A stretch of DNA of 64,000 bases from a virus. The notes beneath the pieces were generated by a model that was not told where the DNA came from, did not search any database, and was given only the letters and a program-made list of their open reading frames with translations. The number at the start of each line of letters is the position of its first letter. Within the stretch, counting starts at the first letter, position 1. Below are positions 16,469 through 26,144 of this stretch, piece after piece. A program made the translations under genes and the position numbers. The stretch is from positions 30,952-94,951 of IMG/VR virus record IMGVR_UViG_3300037509_000067; one strand, given 5' to 3'.

Positions 16469-19400
16469 ATGCAATGCAAAGATACTCCGTCCTCAGTCTC
16501 TTCTCCGGTATTGCCCAACTCTGCTGCGGTGGAATCCAACACGCAGGACTTAGCAACCGATTCCAAGTCAATTGCTTCGTTGAGTTCAACCGATACCGCC
16601 AGCAACTACTTCGTGAGCAGCACCCAGGAACAACCCTCTGGGACGACGTGCGAACCTTCCGAGGATACCCAGGGCAATACTTTGTCGTGGTGGGGGGAAG
16701 CCCTTGCCAAGACAACTCTGACGCCAATTCCAAGGGCAAAGGACTTGCGGGAAGTCGCTCTGGGCTTTGGTGGGAACAGCTCAGAATTATCCAAGAATGC
16801 CGACCCGCAATTGTGTTATGGGAAAACCCCGCAGGATGCCGATCTCTCAAGAAGCGTCCCATCTCTCCTCTTGGAATGGTTCTCTGGTCGCTTGAGTCCA
16901 GCGGGTATCGTTGTCAGTGGCAGTCAATACGAGCTTGTGATGTTGGAGCGCCCCACGAAAGGGATCGCGTCTTTGTTGCTGCCTACTCCGCTTACTTGTT
17001 CGAGCGATTCGGAGTTATACCGTCGCCCTGGTCGGGACAAATTGGAGACGCGATTGAGACTATTACCAACCCCGGTAGCGTCAGATGCCAAGACCAATCG
17101 CATATCCAAAAACGGAGCGAGTCTGGATACGACGCTGAAGCTTTTACCGACTCCAGTAGCCAGGGATCTCAAGGGCAAAGGCTTCAAGGGACAACTGGAG
17201 ACAACCTTAATCCCGCTGATTCCGAAGGGCTATGTCTCACACCCTCGCGTTCGGGAATGGATGCTGGGATTGGAAGAGAACTCAACAGCTATCACCGAGA
17301 CGGATGGTGGAGCGCTAATCCCTTTGATGGGACTGTCGCAATCCCTCAGCGAAGCCTCCCTCATCGAGGCGATCGCATTGCCGCACTTGGAGACACCTGC
17401 ACTCCCCAGCAAGCTGCCGTCTGTTGGCAATACATCGACTACCTCACCCAATGCCTTGAGTCTGGCATGTCTGCAATCAGAACTGACCGAAATTCAGCAG
17501 CAGATTGATGTCGCTGCCACTACCAAAGACGCCTTTCCTAAAAAATCTGCTGAATACAAACTGCTTGATAAGCACGGCAAAGCCGAGTGGAAACGACTTC
17601 AGGATTGCATCAAACGGGCGAATCAACTGGCTGCCTTGCGGGGGAAAGAACTGCTGATGGTGGGTCAGCCAGCGGGAAAGGACGGGTGGCATTATCAATT
17701 CTCATTTCAAGAAAAAACAACAGGAGAAAATACCATGTTTGCAATAGCTAAAACCGCAAAAAAGATCGACGATCTTGCGGCTGAAATTGCCAACCAGCAA
17801 GCCCAGCTACAGCAAATCCATTTGGCATATACCAAGGATGAGCAAGCCTTTAAGGATCGTAAGCTTACGAAAAATAGCCGAGAGTGGAAGAGTGCTATCA
17901 GGGCATATGAATCCACGACCAGTGGAATCAAAAATTTGATAGAACGACTGATGCTCTGTCAATCCCTCCCTGTTGAGACTACTGTCACCCACGAGTGCTA
18001 CGGAGATGGAATACTGAAAGGTTTCTTATTTGATGATCGCGCTGTAGTGATGGCGTCGGTCAGTTTTATTGAAAGAGGCATGATGGATGTTGCTCCTCAC
18101 ACGATCAAAGTAGCAGAGCCTGCTAAAAACACGAAAAAGACCCCACTACCTAAGCCAGTTAGCGTAGGTGATGTCGTGATTCGACCTACGGGTGAGGTTT
18201 ACGGCGAGGTAAAAGTAGTTCAGGTGCGGGGGTTGGCGATACAGCGTGAGGATGAGATCGTCAAGTTGACTTGGGATGAGTTTGAGTTGCTGCGTTTATC
18301 AAAACAAAATGCTGAACAACAAACAACAAGTAATGGCACCGAAATTACAACCGCACAAAATGAGACCGAAAGCGCTGAATCTTCCGCCCCGATTAAGTTG
18401 CACAACCGCACAGAAGAGGGGATTGAGTCACCCTGGATTGTTGGGCAGTGGGTTTGTGGTATCGGTGATTCAGTTGAAATGATTGAGACAAAAATCAATC
18501 AGGGTGAAGTTGAAGATATTTCTGTTGCAAGGATTGACCTTGTTAAGGGCGACGAAGTTGAGGTTACATGGTTAGCAGGACTGGGAGTAAGTCGTCGGAC
18601 TTATTCCACTCGGCATCTCATCTCTATTCGTCGGGAGTTTTGGGCATACCTTGAGGAGGAACTGGCTCAGGCAAAAACAGAACTTGAAGAAGAGATTGAA
18701 GTCACTCGTGAAGTAATAGACGCTTCCGTCGAAAAACTGAGAGCCAATCTTTACAGCTCATGTGAGGTAGTTGAAGAAAAGCCCGAAGCTTCCGGCGAAC
18801 AAAATCAGCTCGAAGTTCCTGAAAGTCTTGCTGTTACTGAAGTTTTCCGGCGAACAGAATCTCCTACCCCTGTCGAAATTGCTGGCACTTCAGATGACGA
18901 CGAGGTGGAGCGGATTGTAGAGAAAATCAAAGACCTCGACCGGAGTCACGAGGTGGAGGTAGTCCGGCACCGGATGGAAGTAGGTCGACAGTTGTTTCGG
19001 CTTCAGCAGGTGTGGAAACCCTCCGAGCAATTCCCCTCTCTGACCGAGTTTTGCACTGTAAAGATAGACAGGCGCTATGGTAAGTCATACCGTAATGAGC
19101 TGATCAAAGCTGCCCAAGCGAATGACTTACTGGCGTCCGGAACTTCCGTTCGGTTGCCCTCTATTAATGCAGCCCGACCGATCACCAAGATGATCAACAA
19201 AGGTGTCGAGCCAGAGAAAATCCAGAAATTGGTTCAGGAGGTGGCTAACACTGGCGAAGTCACTCCAGCTCGTATCGAACAGGCGGCACAAAAGCAAGGG
19301 CTACTACCTCAAAAGGCAGCAAAGCCCATCACCAAAGTCAAACAGGAAGTTGCAGTTACGGGGCAATCACTCGGCTTGTCTGGTCGGGAGCCTCAACAGC

Positions 19401-19972
19401 TGCCTGACATTGAACCCAATGCAGGCATCCCGCCCATAAACGAACCTACAGCTTTGTACAACTGCTGTTCACGAGCTGAGTTGCGGGTATTCTGCAAGGA
19501 ACATACCCAAGAGGCGATCGCTCAACTACGATCATTGGACTGGGAGCGACGCTTTGAACTGCGGGGTATCTGGACGGAATTCGAGGCATGGTTAGCTACT
19601 TGTGCTTTTCACAAGCAGATTGACTCTCAGGGGATACTGACACTAGAGGCGGTGGACAGCAAAGCCAAGATTAAATGGCTTGAGGCTGAAGTTGCGCGGC
19701 TTCAAGGCGAGAATGACGAGCTGAAAAAGAAAGCAAGTCAAGCCACTGAGCTAGAGAATCAATTATCTGTTAGGCGCTCTTGGCTAAATGGCGATCGGTT
19801 CAAGGTGCGGATGGATGCCAATATCAATCCAGATTTGGAGTATCTGCTTTGCCAACGTGGCACCATTCAAGACGTGAATTGCACCAAGGCGATCGCTCAA
19901 ATGGACGCTGACGTAAATATCGAATCACATGAAGCAACGGTGAAGCTGGAATGGCTGGAGCCGATTGCTTGA
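16469..19972 (+). CDS. 1167-aa protein: alternative-frame MTase beta-like region fused to a long charged multi-domain tail
   Basis: Three LLPTP repeats and HPRVREWMLGL (motif IX-like) overlap the MTase; the remainder is an open, protein-like ORF. Confidence 0.8.
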   Translation: MQCKDTPSSVSSPVLPNSAAVESNTQDLATDSKSIASLSSTDTASNYFVSSTQEQPSGTTCEPSEDTQGNTLSWWGEALAKTTLTPIPRAKDLREVALGFGGNSSELSKNADPQLCYGKTPQDADLSRSVPSLLLEWFSGRLSPAGIVVSGSQYELVMLERPTKGIASLLLPTPLTCSSDSELYRRPGRDKLETRLRLLPTPVASDAKTNRISKNGASLDTTLKLLPTPVARDLKGKGFKGQLETTLIPLIPKGYVSHPRVREWMLGLEENSTAITETDGGALIPLMGLSQSLSEASLIEAIALPHLETPALPSKLPSVGNTSTTSPNALSLACLQSELTEIQQQIDVAATTKDAFPKKSAEYKLLDKHGKAEWKRLQDCIKRANQLAALRGKELLMVGQPAGKDGWHYQFSFQEKTTGENTMFAIAKTAKKIDDLAAEIANQQAQLQQIHLAYTKDEQAFKDRKLTKNSREWKSAIRAYESTTSGIKNLIERLMLCQSLPVETTVTHECYGDGILKGFLFDDRAVVMASVSFIERGMMDVAPHTIKVAEPAKNTKKTPLPKPVSVGDVVIRPTGEVYGEVKVVQVRGLAIQREDEIVKLTWDEFELLRLSKQNAEQQTTSNGTEITTAQNETESAESSAPIKLHNRTEEGIESPWIVGQWVCGIGDSVEMIETKINQGEVEDISVARIDLVKGDEVEVTWLAGLGVSRRTYSTRHLISIRREFWAYLEEELAQAKTELEEEIEVTREVIDASVEKLRANLYSSCEVVEEKPEASGEQNQLEVPESLAVTEVFRRTESPTPVEIAGTSDDDEVERIVEKIKDLDRSHEVEVVRHRMEVGRQLFRLQQVWKPSEQFPSLTEFCTVKIDRRYGKSYRNELIKAAQANDLLASGTSVRLPSINAARPITKMINKGVEPEKIQKLVQEVANTGEVTPARIEQAAQKQGLLPQKAAKPITKVKQEVAVTGQSLGLSGREPQQLPDIEPNAGIPPINEPTALYNCCSRAELRVFCKEHTQEAIAQLRSLDWERRFELRGIWTEFEAWLATCAFHKQIDSQGILTLEAVDSKAKIKWLEAEVARLQGENDELKKKASQATELENQLSVRRSWLNGDRFKVRMDANINPDLEYLLCQRGTIQDVNCTKAIAQMDADVNIESHEATVKLEWLEPIA
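16474..17508 (+). CDS. DNA (cytosine-5) methyltransferase, alpha chain
   Basis: Motif I LSLFSGI, IV GGSPCQ, VI WENP, VIII APHERDRVF, X RIAALGD; motif IX not seen in this frame. Confidence 0.88.
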   Translation: MQRYSVLSLFSGIAQLCCGGIQHAGLSNRFQVNCFVEFNRYRQQLLREQHPGTTLWDDVRTFRGYPGQYFVVVGGSPCQDNSDANSKGKGLAGSRSGLWWEQLRIIQECRPAIVLWENPAGCRSLKKRPISPLGMVLWSLESSGYRCQWQSIRACDVGAPHERDRVFVAAYSAYLFERFGVIPSPWSGQIGDAIETITNPGSVRCQDQSHIQKRSESGYDAEAFTDSSSQGSQGQRLQGTTGDNLNPADSEGLCLTPSRSGMDAGIGRELNSYHRDGWWSANPFDGTVAIPQRSLPHRGDRIAALGDTCTPQQAAVCWQYIDYLTQCLESGMSAIRTDRNSAAD

Positions 19973-19980
19973 GGGAAGAT

Positions 19981-20017
19981 AACAAGAATCTGGTATGCCA
20001 GTTATCAGATTCTTGTT
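19981..20017. terminator. Stem-loop after the long ORF
   Basis: AACAAGAATCTG / CAGATTCTTGTT 12-bp inverted repeat. Confidence 0.45.
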
Positions 20018-20047
20018 CCTAGAAAACCAGAAACTAGAGGAAAGAAA

Positions 20048-20497
20048 ATGAGTTGCGATTGTGATTCCCCATCCGTATACCACGCGAGTCTAGTCAAGGT
20101 TCGCAAACCGCATAAATGCTGTGAATGCGGAGGCAATATTCAGCCACCACAGCAAGCGGAAAAAATTGATGCTCTTTGGGACGGTGAATTCTCGACTATC
20201 TACACCTGCGTTGATTGCGTGGCAGTACGCGATTATCTCAAAGAGCGTTATGTGAGCGATGATGATGAATCATTGTGCTGCCACGGCGAGATGTACGAAT
20301 ACTTATGGCAGTCAGACTTGCTCTGGGACGAAGACGAGATAGAGGAAGAGGCTTCTGCCTGGGTTCCTGATTACGATGGCTCAATAGGTGTAATTCAGGG
20401 TGATAATCACGTCGTCGGGGTCAAGGTTGATTGGTTGCGTTGGCAAAATGGCAGACTCTGTTTAGTACTGCCGCAGTTAGCACAAGAAGCCGCATAA
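20048..20497 (+). CDS. Cys-rich Zn-finger phage protein
   Basis: CDCD...RKPHKCCECG...YTCVDC. Confidence 0.75.
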   Translation: MSCDCDSPSVYHASLVKVRKPHKCCECGGNIQPPQQAEKIDALWDGEFSTIYTCVDCVAVRDYLKERYVSDDDESLCCHGEMYEYLWQSDLLWDEDEIEEEASAWVPDYDGSIGVIQGDNHVVGVKVDWLRWQNGRLCLVLPQLAQEAA

Positions 20498-20525
20498 CTT
20501 CCCAGAATCTCTGTTTTCGTAATTT

Positions 20526-20557
20526 ATCCCCTGTTGTAGCAGCAGGGGATTTTATTT
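20526..20557 (+). terminator. Intrinsic terminator
   Basis: ATCCCCTG/CAGGGGAT stem followed by a T-rich tract. Confidence 0.6.
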
Positions 20558-20592
20558 GCTACTGTATTTACATGATGTAAACCAAGGGTATC

Positions 20593-20754
20593 ATGGCAAA
20601 AGTAGGAAGACCCCCCAAGCCAAAAAGTCAAAGTCTGTGGATACCGGAAGAGTTGATAGACTTAGTACTAGCGCTAAAAGCAGGAGACGTAATGAAGGCG
20701 ACGATTTGTTTTGCAAGGTGGGTTGACAGTCAGAATAAACCTGATGTAAATTAG
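20593..20754 (+). CDS. Small putative DNA-binding protein (53 aa)
   Basis: MAKVGRPPKPKSQSLWIPEELIDLV; translated by hand; palindrome TTTACATGATGTAAA upstream. Confidence 0.45.
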   Translation: MAKVGRPPKPKSQSLWIPEELIDLVLALKAGDVMKATICFARWVDSQNKPDVN

Positions 20755-20778
20755 AAGGGTAGTCACCAGAAAACCATT

Positions 20779-20991
20779 ATGAACGCAGCCATTCAAATCG
20801 CTAATTACCATATTCCTTTTGTCCCTTCACCTTGTTTGAGTTTTGTTGGAGTGGAAATTGACCATGATACGGGAGACGCAATCGAAACTCGCTACTACTA
20901 TGCTTATCCCTTTGAGTTGAGTGAATGGGAAGTGTTGCGAGTTCGGGCTAAAAAACAAACAACAATAGAGTTGTCTGATATCCCGTTTTGA
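20779..20991 (+). CDS. Hypothetical protein
   Basis: 70 aa ending in DIPF. Confidence 0.6.
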   Translation: MNAAIQIANYHIPFVPSPCLSFVGVEIDHDTGDAIETRYYYAYPFELSEWEVLRVRAKKQTTIELSDIPF

Positions 20992-21070
20992 TTGCTCAAA
21001 AGCGATCGCCTGCTTCCCGGCAAAAGTAGGCAGAGCGATTGAATAAACCCAAAAACTCAAGGAGTACAAA

Positions 21071-21304
21071 ATGGAAGTTACAACCAATTCAGTAATTAAC
21101 GACGTTAGTGAATTAACTTTCTCGGATTGGCAAAAAATAGCCAAGGCTTGTGAAAACACCGAGACTTGGGGATTTTTCAGGTGGATAGAAAACGCAAAAC
21201 CAGAGCGGCTCCAATCTGCGTCAAGGGCTGAGATCAAGGCAATAGGGGAGCAAATAGGCTATGGATCGGGCTGGGTGGCAGACAAGATAGACGAACACTG
21301 CTAA
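21071..21304 (+). CDS. Hypothetical protein
   Basis: GGAG RBS; C-terminal GYGSGWV resembles helicase C-terminal tails. Confidence 0.6.
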   Translation: MEVTTNSVINDVSELTFSDWQKIAKACENTETWGFFRWIENAKPERLQSASRAEIKAIGEQIGYGSGWVADKIDEHC

Positions 21305-21396
21305 CTCACGTCCAAAAGCGGATCGCTTCCGCGCCGTCGAAAGTTTGGAAGCGATCGCACCTTCACACAGACGAACTATATAAAGGCAAAACAATC

Positions 21397-22194
21397 ATGT
21401 CACAGATTGCGCTAGAAAATTACGGTGAAATCCGAGTAACTCCAGATGGGCGTTACAGCGTGTTCGATGTTGTAGAGGTTATCGGAGGCAAAAAGAACCC
21501 TCACCAAGCATGGGATGGCATAGCTACCACTTACCCCGAAGTTCTCCAAAAAGTGGAGAACTTCAAATTTCCAGGGAAAGGGCAACGCCTGACAATAGTT
21601 ACTAATACGGAGGGATTACTTTATATCATTGGCTTGCTTCCAGGTGCTGTTGGTAGAACCTACCGAGAGGATGCAGCGAGGTTGATGCTCTCTAAAATCG
21701 ATAATCGATCGGATGAATTTGTCCAAAAACCGGACGAATTAACCTTGTTATCCGCGCCAAGGGAGATATCGGAAGCGATTCAGTGCGTTCTCTCGATCGC
21801 CGGAATTGACCCAGCGTTGATAGCAGGGGTTGCCGCTAACGAGATTGGCAGCGCATATCCAGCCCTTAAACCACACATGGAAGCAGCGAAAAAATTACTG
21901 CCTTTACCCGTCGAGCAAGAGCTGCTAACAGTGACAGACTTAGCTAAGAAGTTTGTTCAGCAGACGGGGCGATCGCTTTCCGCAAAGAGTACTGATCGCG
22001 GCAATGCAATGGCGCTGAATAAGTTACTGGTTGACTTGGGTTTGCAAATTAAGAACCCTATTGGTGAACCTGCCTACTTGCCAACAGAGTTGGGTGAACC
22101 GTTCTCGAAGGTTGTCTTGCAAGAAGGTAAGGACACAAATAAGACCTGCCAGCAACTGCGCTGGTATCCGAGTGTTATTCGAGAGCTAGTTTAA
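21397..22194 (+). CDS. Antirepressor-like protein (Bro-N-like plus KilAC/ANT-like)
   Basis: IRVTPDGRYSVFDVV...FPGKGQR; C-terminal LTVTDLAK...LNKLLVDLG...YLPTELG. Confidence 0.7.
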   Translation: MSQIALENYGEIRVTPDGRYSVFDVVEVIGGKKNPHQAWDGIATTYPEVLQKVENFKFPGKGQRLTIVTNTEGLLYIIGLLPGAVGRTYREDAARLMLSKIDNRSDEFVQKPDELTLLSAPREISEAIQCVLSIAGIDPALIAGVAANEIGSAYPALKPHMEAAKKLLPLPVEQELLTVTDLAKKFVQQTGRSLSAKSTDRGNAMALNKLLVDLGLQIKNPIGEPAYLPTELGEPFSKVVLQEGKDTNKTCQQLRWYPSVIRELV

Positions 22195-22272
22195 TCCCCG
22201 ACTGCCATCGCCTTACTCTTCTGGGGTAAGGCGGTATTGTTTCTAATAGCAACCTCACTGCAATTATCCACA

Positions 22273-24300
22273 ATGCAAATACTAGAAAAACCTTGGTTAG
22301 TTGGATTAAGAGAGTATCAGTTAGATGCACGCAGACAAATAATTAAGGCATGGGCAGAAGGCGATACTAGGCTGATTCTCCAGCTTTGCACGGGAGCAGG
22401 AAAAAGTGTTATCATCCGCTCTTTTTTGCTTGAGATGTGGATGAAGGAAAAGAAAGTTTTACTTGTCTGTCAAGACACTCGCATCCTATTGCAACTTCAT
22501 TCCCATGCCCTTGAGGTGGGAATCCCTTCGAGTCAAGTAGGCGTCATCAAGGCTTGGAGATCCAGAGAATATCCATTGGAGTTGTATAAGCCTGTTCAGG
22601 TCGCGATGATTCAATCTCTTAGTGGTAACTGGGAGGAATTGACATCAAGTTTATATGCCTTAAATCCGGATGTCATCATAGTTGATGAAGTTCAGCACGC
22701 CTGCTCGGAGAATAATTATTTCCAGCTTTGGGAGCAGTTCCCAGAAGCGAAAATACTGGGCATGTCTGCAACACCCGCTCGTCCCGGTGGTGCTGGCTTC
22801 TATTTTCCTCATGAGAAGGGCGAACCAAAAAGGCACCTGTTCGATCGACTGATTAAGGGAGTATCTAAGCGATCGCTCATTGATGCTGGATTCCTGCCAG
22901 AGTGCGAGACATACTTTGGGTTAACTCCCAACCTAAAAGGTGTAGCCAAGAAGAAAGGCGAGTTTAAGGTTGAAGGGGCGAATGGTCTAGAGTCCAGATA
23001 CAACAATGCGGACATTAGGGGTGATATTATCCGCTGCTGGCGAGAGTTCGTTTATGACAGATTTGGCGCAGCCCCTACCATGTGCTTCGGGGTCTCTGTT
23101 GACCACATCATCAATATCGCGGCTGACTTTAATGCCAACAAGATACCCGCTGTGGCTCTGCATGGTGGTTTAAGTAAGGCAGAACAGGATGACGCACTAA
23201 GGCAGTTCATCACGGGCGAAGCTGTGATTCTGTGCCTGTGTGGCATGGGTCAAGAAGGGTTCGATTTATCCACTCTTGCTAAGTCAATGGGTTTACAAGC
23301 CGAGAGCGTGTTCTGTTGTATCAAAGCGTTCGCTACAGCCTCCCTGGTCAAGAACAGTCAGCTAGATGGGCGGGTTAGGGGATTAGATTTGATGAGATGG
23401 GATTGGCGTAGTCTACCAGAAGTTAAGGTGCAGGTACTGGAGGAGCAGCCTCAATCCTGGGATGTGGTATTGGGTAGTCGCTCTGCCGTACAAGGCTCCA
23501 TGATTTTGGGAGGGACTGAAGGGATAAGATCTTTGCTCAAGTCAGGGAACCTTGCAGGGCGAATTGCTGGGATTAGAAAGGCGATCGCTGCATCTAGATT
23601 AGATTTATTAGAGGAATGCAATCAGGACTCCTCTCCCCAGATTCGGGCGCTGATAGAAACAATTCTAGAGAACCAGGGGCTGGCATCGGCTGGCAAACTG
23701 CTCTACGGGATAATTATTGACTGTGGCAATAACTTCGAGCGCCATGGCACTTACGACACTGAACACGAGTGGACGCTAGACGGGGTCAAGCCTAAGCCGT
23801 TTCAGACCAAGCAGTGTCCTGACTGCCACATGATTGGGCTACGACAGAACCTAGAGAAGTGTCCAAACTGCGGTCATACATTCTTCACGCCTAAAGAACC
23901 CCAAGAGCCAGCAGAAGCGACAGGTGAGGGCGTCACCATAAATCATGACAAACAGTGTCCAATGGCGCTGCTGAACAAGAAAGCCTGGGAGTCCTGGCAA
24001 GGGATGTTCTCACGTCATTCTTCCAATTATGTGGCACTCAAGCAATTTATTCGATCAGGGGCAAAGATTCACGAAGTAGCAATTGCAGGTAAGGAGTGTA
24101 GAACCAAAGAAGGAAGGAAATACAAAGGTTATGGGATCTACATGATTTGGCTTGACTGCCAGCGTGAAATGCACGGGAACTTTTGGGTGCCATCGTTAGC
24201 AGAACTAGAGGAATGGTGCAAGGCTCTCGACTACTCTAAGGACAAAGCCCAGAAATGGTTAGAAGAGTGCGAACAATACGCGCAAACCTGGAGCGCATAG
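22273..24300 (+). CDS. SF2 DEAD/DEAH-box helicase with Zn ribbon
   Basis: LREYQ, TGAGKS, DEVQH, SAT, CPDC...CPNC. Confidence 0.88.
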   Translation: MQILEKPWLVGLREYQLDARRQIIKAWAEGDTRLILQLCTGAGKSVIIRSFLLEMWMKEKKVLLVCQDTRILLQLHSHALEVGIPSSQVGVIKAWRSREYPLELYKPVQVAMIQSLSGNWEELTSSLYALNPDVIIVDEVQHACSENNYFQLWEQFPEAKILGMSATPARPGGAGFYFPHEKGEPKRHLFDRLIKGVSKRSLIDAGFLPECETYFGLTPNLKGVAKKKGEFKVEGANGLESRYNNADIRGDIIRCWREFVYDRFGAAPTMCFGVSVDHIINIAADFNANKIPAVALHGGLSKAEQDDALRQFITGEAVILCLCGMGQEGFDLSTLAKSMGLQAESVFCCIKAFATASLVKNSQLDGRVRGLDLMRWDWRSLPEVKVQVLEEQPQSWDVVLGSRSAVQGSMILGGTEGIRSLLKSGNLAGRIAGIRKAIAASRLDLLEECNQDSSPQIRALIETILENQGLASAGKLLYGIIIDCGNNFERHGTYDTEHEWTLDGVKPKPFQTKQCPDCHMIGLRQNLEKCPNCGHTFFTPKEPQEPAEATGEGVTINHDKQCPMALLNKKAWESWQGMFSRHSSNYVALKQFIRSGAKIHEVAIAGKECRTKEGRKYKGYGIYMIWLDCQREMHGNFWVPSLAELEEWCKALDYSKDKAQKWLEECEQYAQTWSA

Positions 24301-24333
24301 GAACCCTAATCGGTGTTTCTACTCCTCTATCCT

Positions 24334-24459
24334 GTGACTTTTACCCAACTTGCTCAATCTATCGCAATCATCAACTTTGCCCGTAAGCGGGCGGGTAGAC
24401 CACGACTCACGAAAGAGCAGGTAGCGGAAGCGATAAGGCTGCTAGAAGAGATGGGGTAA
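24334..24459 (+). CDS. Small basic peptide (41 aa)
   Basis: GTG start; RKRAGRPRLTKEQVAEAIRLLEEMG. Confidence 0.35.
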   Translation: MTFTQLAQSIAIINFARKRAGRPRLTKEQVAEAIRLLEEMG

Positions 24460-24652
24460 GCCCGAACAAGTAAATCCTATAGGAACCCTCTGAGAAACCT
24501 CGGAGGGCTTTCTTTTGGCTAATCAACCCTATATACAGATACGGTGAAGGATTGCGAAACGGGTAGAAGTGCAGGAATTGCTAAGGGCTGGCTCATGCCT
24601 AATAATTCCTTGCTTCGGCTTCGCTCAACACCCGTCGCAACTGCGATCCCTC

Positions 24653-24698
24653 TTGACAGGGTGTCTACACCCAGCTAAGATAGAAGGTGTAGACACCC
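24653..24698 (+). promoter_or_regulatory. Strong sigma70 promoter with inverted-repeat operator
   Basis: TTGACA-17 nt-TAAGAT; GGGTGTCTACACC...GGTGTAGACACCC flanks the -10 box. Confidence 0.7.
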
Positions 24699-24710
24699 AA
24701 GAGCGCAATC

Positions 24711-25325
24711 ATGAACGCATTAATCGCCCAGCACCTAAGCCTCCCCAAAGAATTGATCCTTGAAGTTCAAGAATGGTGGACAAAGGTTCTGTGGGTGCGT
24801 ATACAAGGAAGGCGTCCTCGGTTTGTAAGCAAAGTAGCTTTGATTATGGAATCCCAAAAACTTCAATTAACGCATTACAAACGAAAAGGAATTTACGCTT
24901 ATCTCTGTCCTTTGACTATTAATGGCAGCGCAATTGAGCGAGGTGAGTTTTACAATGGACAGCCCCTAGAGGAAGGAGATAACAAAGAGCGCTTTTACAG
25001 AGGCAAGGCTGCAACAGTTGAGATCGACCTTGGAAAGTTCGCTGATGGGCTGTATGAGTATAAAGAAGCCGTTGGACATAAAGAGCGACGCGGGTATCTT
25101 CAAGTTCAGTCTGGAAAGATTGAGAAGGAGTGGGAGACTCAGCAAGAGATGTTGGACGAAATCAACCCCGTTCCAGAACTCCCGGCTCTAGAAGGAAGCG
25201 CCAAACAAGTTTCTTGGGCTGAAAGCATCCGAGAGAAGGCGGTTCGCAATGGGTTCCCTGTCGAGAAAGCGGCAAAAGTAACCAGTGCTAAAACCTGGAT
25301 TGACAACCGGAGTAAGTTTGCCTAA
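24711..25325 (+). CDS. Hypothetical phage protein
   Basis: N-terminal W..VLWV..GRRPRFVSK; C-terminal LPALEGSAKQVSWAESIR. Confidence 0.75.
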   Translation: MNALIAQHLSLPKELILEVQEWWTKVLWVRIQGRRPRFVSKVALIMESQKLQLTHYKRKGIYAYLCPLTINGSAIERGEFYNGQPLEEGDNKERFYRGKAATVEIDLGKFADGLYEYKEAVGHKERRGYLQVQSGKIEKEWETQQEMLDEINPVPELPALEGSAKQVSWAESIREKAVRNGFPVEKAAKVTSAKTWIDNRSKFA

Positions 25326-25516
25326 TGCCATCAAATCCAGATAGCCGCATTGAATTCAGAGATGTTGAGGTAAAGGCGAAGATTAAGCAGTTGTCGCTCA
25401 ATCCAAACCGTTTCGCAAAGGCAGCGCTAAATAGAGTGATTGAATTAGGTTGCTGCCCTGTTTGCAAAAAAACTTTTGACCAGTGTGAATACTTCCGGAG
25501 AATAGAAGATGAGTAA
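25325..25516 (+). CDS. Small protein with CCPVC motif
   Basis: TAATG coupling. Confidence 0.55.
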   Translation: MPSNPDSRIEFRDVEVKAKIKQLSLNPNRFAKAALNRVIELGCCPVCKKTFDQCEYFRRIEDE

Positions 25517-26093
25517 TTCAACAGCTACACAGGCATGGAGTGAGCGTAAAGCCACCCTCAAGAAAGAAATTTGCGAATACTTCTTTAGTCAAGAGGCGAG
25601 CAATCAATCTGTGATTAAAGCTTGTGAGCATATCAAGGTATGGGGCGAGGTTCAAGTTGAGGTAGCCAACATGGACGGGAAGCTCACTCCTACCACGCCT
25701 AATGATGATTATGTCGCGGATAGCTTTTCGCCGCAGCATCGAGCAAAGGTAGCCGAGTGGATTAACCGCTATGCTGAACTACATAAGGAAGCTGTTAACT
25801 TTCTGGAAGCTCAACGCAACTACGGTGAAAAGACCAACTGGGCAAGAGACGACTTTGAGCAAGAGGACTGGGAATCAACTCAACCTGACGGAGAAATTCA
25901 AGTTCACAGCGATTGCATCGAAGTCTATGCATTCGGCTATAAAGAGGGTTTTGCAGCATCCTTGCCAAAACAGGGTAAAAAATCTGTAGGCAAAACAGAT
26001 GGCGGCTATAAGTGGGAGTATCCATTGATTGCTTTAGACTTACTCAAATCAACTGGACTGCCTGTGTTGTACTCGATTGACGCAAAGCAGTAA
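25509..26093 (+). CDS. Hypothetical phage protein
   Basis: 194 aa, followed by a hairpin and T-run. Confidence 0.7.
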   Translation: MSNSTATQAWSERKATLKKEICEYFFSQEASNQSVIKACEHIKVWGEVQVEVANMDGKLTPTTPNDDYVADSFSPQHRAKVAEWINRYAELHKEAVNFLEAQRNYGEKTNWARDDFEQEDWESTQPDGEIQVHSDCIEVYAFGYKEGFAASLPKQGKKSVGKTDGGYKWEYPLIALDLLKSTGLPVLYSIDAKQ

Positions 26094-26144
26094 TAACAAA
26101 AAAATCAGGAACCCTAAGAGCGGAATCTCCACCGCTCTTTTTTA

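Noticed and set aside
23400-23700. Helicase insertion as an intein
   Set aside because: No N-terminal Cys/Ser block or C-terminal HN motif.
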